Notes under the pieces: generated by a model
The model's input: the letters and a program-made list of their open reading frames with translations, nothing else
What the model was told of the DNA's origin: nothing
Database searches by the model: none
Program-made: the position numbers and the translations under genes
Shown: positions 53,885 to 64,000 of the stretch, in pieces
Layout: every line of letters starts with the position of its first letter
Position numbering within the stretch: position 1 is the first letter of the stretch
From: Sphagnum compactum
Taxonomy: Eukaryota
Assembly: GCA_965153455.1 (NCBI GenBank)
Contig: OZ234493.1
Location: 8,112,213 to 8,176,212 of the forward strand
Reading direction: 5' to 3'
Length of the DNA stretch: 64,000 bases

Positions 53885-54239
53885 CGGAATCTCCAGCGGT
53901 GCTCAGTAAGTGGATCCTGCACTCTAAAATTGGATGGAAAAAAAGTCAAAACAGGAAAATGGTTTTAGTTCAGTATGATTGCACAGCTTGCCGTGGCTGG
54001 TAAAAGTCGCAACAACCCTGTGCACATGCAGAAAAGTACATATGATTCGACTGCTGCTCAGTGTTTCTCATTGGCCCATCATAATGATTGGTCCAGGTGG
54101 TTTGCTATTAGTAATCCCCAATCTATTAGCTGTCCCAGGTTCAATTTGATAGGTGGGGTTGCAAAAACAGTAAACAACTCAACTTGGATATGAAAAATAT
54201 TTTTGCAGGTTCACATACTGAGCACCACTGGAGATTCTC
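53885..54239 (-). mobile_element. Intact Tourist/PIF-like MITE, same family as the split copy
   Basis: TIRs gaatctccagcggtgctcagta and tactgagcaccactggagattctc, followed by taa. Confidence 0.8.
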
Positions 54240-57200
54240 TAAGTTTTATGCACAATGGTACACTATAAGATATGAGAGAGAGACTATTTCAATTCAACCA
54301 CTTGGGCCCGATCTTTATAATTAGCCAATGAAAAGCAATCATTTAACTATGAATTGCTTTTTTACAAGCATTGAATCCGATGTAAATTTACTAGCCTAAG
54401 TAAACATGTAAATAATATGTACTTTGTTTGAAACACACTTGGCATTGATGGAGTTACTTTAAGATGACATGCATTGATCACCCGTAAAATGGCCTATTCA
54501 TTGTACTTTGAATGAACTACAACCTTTGAAAAGCAAGTTTGGACCTATAAAGACGTGAATAATATAGTGGTCTTGACGAAAAAAGATTGCTTCTTATTGT
54601 CTAGCCATAATGATTGGTCGAGGTGATGGCGTTTAAATAGTCTCTCACCTTATATTATAGTACCTTTTCAAGTTGGGCAATAATTAAATTATTTTTGAAA
54701 ATATTAAAATTTCTAAAAATTATTTATTTGAAATGTCGAAACTTATGGAAATTACAAGGGAGGGCAAGATTTCTTTTTTAAAATTGGTGTAAACTCATAA
54801 GGTTCTTGCTTCATGCTAGTTCATCATTGGAGAGCTTATATCCAATAATTGACAGCATTTATCTATCCTATAATTCAGTGGAATATTTTCTTTATTTGCC
54901 CCAAGGTTTCAATGACTAGTCAATTTTTTGTTAGAAAATGATGAGTTAGAAAGGATTTAGATCCCCTTTGGAGGATAATAAGGCTTTGATTTTAAGCACC
55001 CAAAAACTTTATTGTTCAAGGTGACTTTCGCTTTGGTCTCAAAATGTTGGGTTCAACTCAAGTGTCTTTTTAAAAACAATTCTCTGATGTAGTCGATGCA
55101 CATTGTCCAATATTTGTATGTTTATGGGAAAGGGGGGTGAGGAAAAATAACTTAAAACATGATTTTGGATGTGGTAGAGAGTGATAGAGGCTTATATAGT
55201 GGGTGGGTGTTTGTGGATTTGCTCTCAACATGGTTATTTGACTCCAAAATGAAATTGATCAAACTTGCAACCTACCTCTCGAGAGTTCAGCTGCCATTTA
55301 CACATTGTTTTCAAGTTCAATAAAAAACTTTACCTCAAATTCTCGCACTGATGAGAAGACTGTTCCCAGTGGGCAAAAGGCAACAAAAGGGTCTTGATTC
55401 TTCACCATGACTAGGTAGATAGATAGATAGAACCAGCACACTTCTTGTGGTCTATGCCAACAACTCCTTTCCATTGGATTTCAGAAGCCATGGATTCAAT
55501 CCCGCAGAATCAAATCCTTTTTTGCAAGAAACCATGGATACCAACTTTTGTTGCCAAGTCAATAAAAAAAAAATTAATTAATTAAAATTTGAAGATTCCA
55601 TTTCAAAAGACTGAATATTCCTGAATGTGTCAAAAAGATTCTTCATTTTCCTTATGAAAAAATTGTTTAGTAGAAAAGCTTTCTTTTGGGGAAGATTTCA
55701 GCACTTCTAAAAGTAATATATTTTGTTCTGAACCCGCCAAGGTAACTATGGTAAAATCAGGGTTGAATGTCATTGTTTTTCCAAAGCAAAATGTTCTCAA
55801 AAAGAGTTCTGCTTCACTAAAGAAGATAATGCCTCATTTTCCCTAAAAAAACATTATGGGAAATATATAGATCTAAAAGTTTGTAGTGCACTCTTATTCA
55901 TATTCATATATTTACGATTTTATAAGTTTTAACACCTGAAAAGTGAAATTATTTGGGGGAAAAAAGGTGTGAACTCCCATTTTTTGAGCATCATTCCTGC
56001 AATGGCATATTTTTGGAATTTTATTTTTCCAAATAAATTATTTTAATTTCTCAAATACTCCTTTTTCATCATCTGGTCCTTTTGTGAGATGGTTTGGAAC
56101 AAAGTTGGTTTTCCTTTGAAAGAAAGTCGTGTGCAGTTAAGATTAAAAAAAGATCTCTTTCTTGAGTCCCTCCTTTCAATTTTCAAGATTCCCATGGTCT
56201 ACCAAATATGGCCAGGGTGAACCAACACCTACTATTGGTACCTCACCTTTCTTTGAGTTTTTAAGGCCTCTTAACTGGATATATTTAACCCACTAAGTGT
56301 TAAAACTTGGCCTTAGAAACCATTGTTTAGTCTTAGGAAGGGATATTCATAATTTAAAATGCAACCACAAGGTTTTTGGGGATTTTTGCTAGTGTTGGGT
56401 GCAGCTTTTTATTTTATTTTTCGGGGGAATTTATTTGTCTCTTGGCAACACTAAAAAGGGGGCTGTGAAAATCCTACAAAGGGTTTTCTTTTGGCGGGGG
56501 AAAAAGAAAGTGGCACAAAGTCGCCATATTTTCCAAGGAAAAAATAGAGGTTGAAATTGTCATATTTAGACCATAGCTTTAGGATGTCATGGGGATATAG
56601 CAGGGTTCCCCAAAAAAATTTACTTTGCTCAATAAATTTGGCTGGGTTTAGGGTTTAGGGTTTAAACCCTAAACCGTAAGTCCTCTTTCGGAGGATCATC
56701 ACTCCACCTACATCACTAATTGGAAACCAAAAAACCGTGGTTGGGTGGCCGGGTATTATATATGACACCAGCCCTTGGGTGGTTATCAAGGAGGTTCTTC
56801 AAGATATGTAATCAGGCTTCTTAAAACAAATCAACGAACCTGCTCTGATAGGTAATCGTGGGTTTAAAACAAAATTCAAAGAACTGATTTAGATATATAA
56901 GGATTAGCATCCCAAGAAGGATTTAGCATTAAATGGCCATAGAATAGGAAGGATAGTAAAATAATAATAATTTGTAATAATAATAATAATAATAATAATG
57001 TTCGACAATCTAAATGTAGTGAACCCATTAAAAAAGCCATTTCTTTTTTTGCGATTTTTTTCAATTTTTTCATTAGAAAAAAGGCCTTTCTAAAGGTAGC
57101 AGCCCCAAAACATTTTTCACATTTTGGCGAAAGTTCTCACAAAACAAAAAGGCTGATTTCAAGCAATGTTTTTTTTTTCCCTTCCTTTTTTGACATGGGG

Positions 57201-58399
57201 TCATTTGCAAGTATCCCAAGTAAGATCTCACAGTTAAATTTTAGGAACCTGCCTAAGAGCATCTCCACCAACGAGCAGTAGGTATTTCTCATGTCCAAGT
57301 TTTCTTTACTAACTTTTTTCCAACCCCACCCATAAAACTGAAACTGGGATTGTGAGTAAGTAAGTAGGTGGGAGACTGCTACTACCAACCCACTTGGACC
57401 AATCAAACTATTTACCCAATTAGAAACAGGGAACAGTCAATAAATACGATTTGACTGTGTTTACTAGACTGTTCCAGTGCTCCTGCAGGGCTTTGAAAGC
57501 CGAGGGCGATTTTCAGGGTTTCGTGTGGATTCACTGGGATTCGATTGATGATGAATCCAGAACAGCTGAAGAAGTCAAGACGCGCTTGAGATCAACACTT
57601 CCTAAGCTGAAGAAGAAGGTGCAGCCTTTCTGATTGGAAAGATGCTCTTGATTGCTCTGACATCTAAATGAATTGCAGTGGATTTGATGCTGATTAGGTT
57701 CAATTTCAATTTCACGAAATGTGTCTGTTTTTGAAACTTTACTTACTCTTCTCTTCTCTTTTTTAAGGTCTGCCTTCTTTTTCTGTTCTTTCGTCACTTT
57801 CGTCCCATGGTGGCAGAGCCAGCATCAGCGTGTGCATGACGTGCTACAAATGCATCAGCGAGGAGTGCACAAACAACTGCTAAGCTACTGCCACAATGGA
57901 AATTGTTCACATTGTCACTCTCGTGGGTACAATGTAACGATTAACGACTTTTTTGGAATCGTGCTCCCTATGAAAGAAGGTGCTAGGTAGATGGGTAGGT
58001 AGGTAGGTATCAGTGTGGCCCCCACTGCCCTGGCTTTGGTGCTCAAGTGGCTAGTAGCTTACAATTACAGGAGTCTTGTTTGGCCCCACTCAGAGTTTTT
58101 TTTTTAAAATGTGGCTGCTAGTTTAGTTGGTGCGGTGAAGTTTGTGGCCTCTCCTCTAAGAAAGTATTTGGTTATAAAGGGGTTGCACTTGTGATTTTTT
58201 AAGCAATTATGAGATTGCACATGTGTGATTTTTGACAATTGTTATATTTTTGTTTTCTAACTTTAGCCCCTACATTTGTTTTGTAACAAAGGTCATTGAG
58301 ATTCACAACCTAAAGGAATGCAGCAATTGAGTGTGAATTGAGCCCTTGAAATTGGCCTTTCCAGCTCAATTGACTTGCAATGTCACACCAAGTTAGCTT

Positions 58400-61300
58400 A
58401 TAAATTTACAATAATGTAATACAAAATCTAAAATCATGATACGAAATAAGAAAAAAATTGTGAATCGACAAAAAGAACATGCAGAACATGTCAGAATCAT
58501 GGAAACAAAAGGGGTTGCCATCTTGGCACTTAGGCATTGGGATTCACCAAAGCTTAGATTTCATAAACACCAAAGTAGAGGAACATCTATCATCTTCCAT
58601 GCTACCAACCACTTGCACCATAGCCAACTCAGCCAATTTGACATACTCATGGAAGCTAATAATCAAAATGTTAGATGTTGTTGTAAGTCACCACATCTTG
58701 GTGAAAGGACTAATGTCAAATGGGGGGGGGGGGGGGGGGGGGGGGCATGCATGCCACTACATTAAACTTCAATGTCAACTTGAATAGTCCATGTTGGCAT
58801 TCAAGGTCCTTCGCATTAAGGAGCTCGAGGATTTGAACCTCTTGTTTAATCAAAGTGGAAATCTTGCCACAACAAAATGTAGCTTTAAGAACCTCCACGT
58901 GCTTCCAAAATGACACATCAACATATGGTTAGAGCTAGTATTGGGGATACACAATCCTTAAATTATCCATGATGGCATGAGCTAGGAATCTGGTTTCTAG
59001 CTCACAAATGGGCCCTTCCGCAACCCCTACCAAAATAAAAACATATTTAATCATTAAAAAAAACAAAAGAAAACCCAAACCTTAAAACAAGAACCTTGAA
59101 TTGGAACCTTAAAAAAACCCTACAAACCTAAACCAAAATGTTGAAACTAGATACCTAAAAACAACACCTTAAAAATAAAATCCCAAAAAAACCTAGTGAT
59201 TAAAACCAAAATTGAAAAAAAAATAGACAAACCTAAACAATTAGAACCCCCAAAAGATTAGGGTTTCAAATCACAAATGATACCTAAAAACAACTGGAAC
59301 TCCAAAAAAAACCCTAATGACGTAAACCAAAACTGAAAGAAAAATTGGAGAAACCTTAAAATAATTGGAACTTTTAAAAAACCATGTGCTAACCTAGACC
59401 ATACTTGAAAAAAATTAGACTTGAACATAATTGGAACTCCAAAAAAAACCTATTGACTTAAACCAAAACTACAAAAAAAAATTGGACAAACCTAAACTTA
59501 AATGGAACCCTAAAAAAACCCTATTGACTTGAACTAGAACTAAAATTAATTGAAATTCAAAAAAAAACTTTAATGACCTTAACCATAATTGAAAAACACA
59601 GATAGACTTGAATTTAATCAAAGCCCTACTAACCCTACTAACTTAAACTTTATTAACTTAAACCAGAAATTAAAAAACCTTGGACAAACTTGAACCTAAT
59701 TAGAACCTTAAAAAACCTTAATGACTTAAACCAAAATTGATAAAAACCTTGGATATATTTAAAATTTTACCATAACTTGAAACCTAAACCAACATTTGAA
59801 AAAAAATTAAAGAAACCTTAAAATAATTGGAACCCTACAAAGATCCCACATGCACCCTAAATTAGAACCCTAAAAAAAATGTCAAACCTAAACTAAAACC
59901 CTAAAATTTTTTATTCATACCTTAAATTAGAACCTTAAAAAACATGCAAAACAAAATGATGAACCGAGACATATTTATTCATCGGTTTTCACCAAAGACT
60001 TAGCAACAACAAAAAGATCTTGAGTCACAAAATAAGCCTCCATTGTCTCCAAATCCCAATGCACTGCCCAAATGTGTTGGCCAAAAACCTTAAAGGCCAA
60101 GTGGCAAATTCCTATATTAACATCCAGTATCCACCTCATGTGGATAAATTTATGTTTATAGTCAAACAAAAATTTGAAAGACTAGAAGCTATCAACAGCA
60201 AACTTTGAAGTCTAATCACAATACATGTTATATAAGTCACCCTGGTAGACCTTCACAGTTGCCACCAAGTCAAACAAATATGTCCCACATTTGAGCAAAC
60301 TTGATTAAAACATGCACATATTTTAGCAAGGGCAAAATGCATGCAAACACAAGTACATTTTGGAGCTCACAAAGGTGCTTGTTGGTTTGAATTGTTGTCC
60401 ATAACCATTTTCAATAATAAAATTTTGTACTCTACAATGTCTCTTTTCACATGACTCAACATGGAAATCCATCGAGTCTTCACATTACGAAAGATTTATT
60501 CCCCATTATTTCCATGATATTGGTGAGTTTTGTAAATTCCAAATGTCGCTTGGGAGAATGTGCAAAGTATGCATGCAAGATTTGCAAGAAACTTTCAATG
60601 CGCTTCACCAAAGGTATAGCATATAAGATTTGCATTGCTTTTTGTATGATGTGCCATGGAAAAGGCTACATAATCATCATGGATTTGCTTGGTGACATTA
60701 GACTTGGTGCTTTGAAGCACATTCACACAATCTATTCCAAAACTCATAAGCTTGCTAACAACTTGATCTCTAGGCATACCTCCCCTTATGGTCAATGCCT
60801 CCATGGTCACTTTGGTCAATTTCTCGAAACTAGATCCTTCCAAAAGCCCATCAATGGAAATAAAAGTAGGGATCCTTAACCCAATATTCCACAACATAGC
60901 AATGGACCAATAACCAAGATTTATTGTCCAAAGTGGAGACTTCATCATAGTTGATAAAAACATATCATGTACCTGTCATTGTTGCTCTAGTTGTGACCAT
61001 CACTTGTTGGTGCATAAACTCCGCCATTTGCGAACTAAAAATGTCGGTCAAATGTTTCTTGTTGTTTCTTGGAACTGCCAAAAATTCAAACAACACCTTC
61101 ATGGACTCATATTCGAACATAAGACAACCATACTGTAACAAATGTAAAACAATGGTCAACTGCACTACCATCCTTGCTTTCTTTCTAGTTATACCATTTG
61201 CTACTTGCTAAGTAATTGTTTAATGGATGTGACTAACAAGCTCTACATGATTCTTTACATGCTTAAAAGACTTCATGTAGTACCACTCCCCCTCCTTCAT

Positions 61301-61600
61301 TGAACCAATATTTTTCTTTGCTTTCTTACAACCTATGTGCTTTCAAAGTGTGTCCCACTTAAGAGCAAGTAGCTTGTCTTTCCCTTCCACTCGACTACAT
61401 ATTTTACACTTAACATTATGTAACAACCCATTTAACCCTAAACACATTTTTGCCCAAGGTAACATAGTAGCCCACGAATCTTGAAATTTCCTAGTGTGAT
61501 CAAAATTTTGTTTCTTTGATATTGGATTAGGAGGGATGGAAAACTCTACAACATCATCAACAACTAGTTTTTTCCCCTTTTGATCAAAAACGATTGTCGA
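58400..61600 (-). mobile_element. Degenerate hAT-superfamily (ZNF862-like) transposase remnant
   Basis: RKFQDSWATMLPWA...VKCKICSRVEGKDKLL (Zn-finger-like N-terminus); FGIDCVNVLQSTKSNV; HAYFAHSPKRHLEF...NVKTRWISML; EYVKLAELAMVQVVGSMEDDRCSSTLVFMKSKL (hAT dimerisation-like). Many stops, with a repeat-filled interruption at 59040-59970. Confidence 0.8.
59040..59970. repeat. A-rich degenerate tandem repeats with telomere-like AAACCCTA/AAACCTAAA and TTGGAACC units
   Basis: Recurrent aattggaac(c/t)..aaaaaaaccc(t)a...cttaaaccaaaa units of ~55-60 bp. Confidence 0.6.
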
Positions 61601-64000
61601 AAACACAACAAACACTTGGATCAACATAGTTAGATAATGCAAGATGAGTAGGACCGACACAACTAGAAAATGCAACATGAACAAGATCAACATAGCTAGA
61701 AGAAGATGCAACATGAGTAGGATTGATGCAACCAAAATGGGGTGAAAATTTTGGATTATAATCAAGGCACACAAGAGGACTGCCAATACTAAGGTTTCTA
61801 CTAGAACAAAAATATCAGAATTTATATGATGGCAGAGGTTCAAGAAGCATTGTGTAGGAGGGAAAGTGGGAAAAAATAACAAGACTCAAACAAAGCCAAA
61901 GCCTCCTCAAACAACAAAAAACCAAAATTGAAAAAGACAACTCAAAAGCTTTTCAAATTCAAACTTTAGACTCTCAAACTTGATAATATTTTATAAAATA
62001 CAAAGGTTGTGTAACATTTGAAATTACCTAAAGAATCAAGATGTTCATTGTTCATTATCACTCACAAATTGAATCATGCATTAAGTGATTAATACCTTTT
62101 CCAACATAAATCACACAAAAGATCTAAACATCAAAGCTATTTTGAAAACTAGGGTTGTTCACTTGGAGGCTGGGCAAGAAATTAAACACAATGGAAGTTG
62201 GATGCTCATAACTTTTACAGCCTCCATCTCCCACCAGATCACAATAGAACGAAAACAATCCTCCATTGATGTTGGAATAACCCCTTTTCTTTTGTTGAAG
62301 CCTAAAACCAGCAACAAGTTGAACACAACGAAACTACAAACAATAGTTGACAAGCAAGAGGCATGGAGTATGATGAAGTTGGCAAAATTCAAAGGTAGTT
62401 CATAATCTTATAGTAACAATAAAGCATAGAAAGGAACGAAAAGCTGGCAAGCTTAGCAATGAATTAAGAGAATGGGGGCAGTAAATCGTGGGAGATGTCA
62501 ATTGCAAATAGGCTCTTTTGATGGCCCAAATTTGGCCGTTCAACAATATTAATGGCTTGGGATTGCACTATCTAGCAATGTCCCATCATTAACCTTATAG
62601 TTGGGGTTGGCGATCCCAACACAAATTCATGATGTTATTAGGCACATCCATATGTAGAGCCTAGATTTTCTAGCAAATTTTTATGAAAATTTAAACTTGA
62701 ATCCCTTAATACAAGTGACCATGGCCCTTTTCATGTCAAAAATTGGCAATAATTCGCCCAAAAAAACACTAGTAGGTATCTTCGAAGCTGGGATGTGAGT
62801 ATTTTCATGTGAAAATGAATCTCTAGAGAGGAGAAGACCTTTCGTTCTTTTGGAGTTGGGAACAAAGAACATGGTCATTTAAACCTATGTTCCCTTTCAT
62901 TTCCAAGGTTTTTTTTGGGGTGTGTAAGGTTAATCCCCAAGGCCAAAGGGCTTGCATGCCTAGATGCATGAGATGGAGCCAAAGTGGGTCTTCATTTAGA
63001 TAATGCCCACAATCGAGGGTGTTCCAAAAAATAAAAAATCGATGATTTAAATCTTTTTTTAAAAATTCTTGTGATACTCAATGGGTATCCTTTTTGTATC
63101 CATCAATATTGTGGGAAGAAACAAAAGCCAAGGGTGTTGTTACAAAACATAAAAATTCAATGATTTTAATTTTTTTCTTGTGATACTCAATGGGTGTTTG
63201 GTTTAGTACCCATCAATATTGTGGGAAGAAAAATGACACATGGCATTTCATAATAAAAACAAAATGCCTATAGATGGTGCACTTGGTTTCATTTTTTGAA
63301 ATGCCTCCATGGTTTCTTTTTATACGTTTTCCTCCAAATCCACTAAGTATTTGGGTGGAGGTATTTACATAACACTAAGGTATTGTGAGCCTATTCTAAA
63401 CATTAATTAACCAATTCTACAATGGCATATGGACATTTTTGTGAGGTTAGTTCTATCAAGTAAGCCTACCAAGGTGAGCTATTAGCCACACCTTGGGCCT
63501 AACCTCGAGCAAATGGAAAATACTTGATTGTGTGTTCATCTACCTGTTTCAAAATGGATAGCCAAAATTGTGATCATCCGTGAAAAGATTTAGCCAAATT
63601 TGGTTATAAAAAAATATGAAAATAAAAAAGTAATCGTCTTTCTATATTGTTGACTACCTATTGGAACCTACATTTTTTAAATGAATCAATCTCTAATATT
63701 TGTTACTTTTTAAAATACAATGATTTCATTAAACCCTTAAAATCTTGTATTTTTGTTTCAATTTTTAGATGTGATCATTGGTTAACCTTCCAAGAAGGAT
63801 GTAACATTCAATGGTAATCAAAACATGTAATAAAATAAAAATAATTTGTAATACTAATGTTCTTAGTGACTTACAAAACAACATTTGTAAAGGTTGCAAC
63901 CTCAAAAAATTCACATTTAATGTGAAAGTTTGCACCTTTAAAAAAAGTTGTTAAAACCCATTTAATTTTCACATTTTCAATTTTCTAATCCACCAAGAAA

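Larger units (their letters stand above)
51060..57555. repeat. Diverged inverted segmental duplication (arms ~51060-53260 and ~55410-57555)
   Basis: Collinear reverse-complement blocks: 51105-51275/57380-57555, 51740-51960/57170-57385, 52510-53260/55410-56165. Each arm also has its own insertions. Confidence 0.8.

Noticed and set aside
50932-54005. 50932-51058 vs 53885-54005 as part of the large inverted duplication
   Set aside because: Explained by two copies of the same MITE family in opposite orientation.
57451-57990. Possible small + strand gene
   Set aside because: Starts inside a MITE, short ORFs only, no recognisable domain or convincing exon chain.

Overview
Eukaryotic, intron-rich plant genomic DNA; the gene content and repeat style suggest a bryophyte, probably a moss such as Sphagnum (inference). 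GC-richer gene islands alternate with AT-rich transposon debris. Host genes: a poorly resolved minus-strand gene at the left edge; a triple-KH RNA-binding protein (FLK/PEPPER-like, 15177-19221, -); a divergent COMM-domain gene most like COMMD2 (~20517-21396, +); a TVP38/TMEM64/DedA-family membrane protein (27265-28489, -); and a LisH-CTLH-WD40 protein (36396-41919, -). Mobile DNA: a decayed ~10 kb Helitron (Rep HUH/Y2 plus PIF1 helicase motifs), two hAT remnants, a PIF/Harbinger remnant and several MITEs. The main result is an 8.0 kb Mutator-like element at 42930-50931, with 37-bp TIRs (34/37 identical) and a 9-bp TSD. It splits a Tourist-like MITE, and an uninterrupted copy of that MITE in the same window shows the empty site. 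Its cargo is an intron-containing internal fragment of a GH3 beta-xylosidase gene, a degenerate TTTAGGG telomere array and satellite-like repeats, so it looks like a Pack-MULE. Also notable: a tandem triplication of a splice acceptor plus LisH exon start, a diverged ~2 kb-arm inverted duplication, and a 41-bp-stem hairpin. All protein-family calls come from motif recognition by eye; no searches were run.
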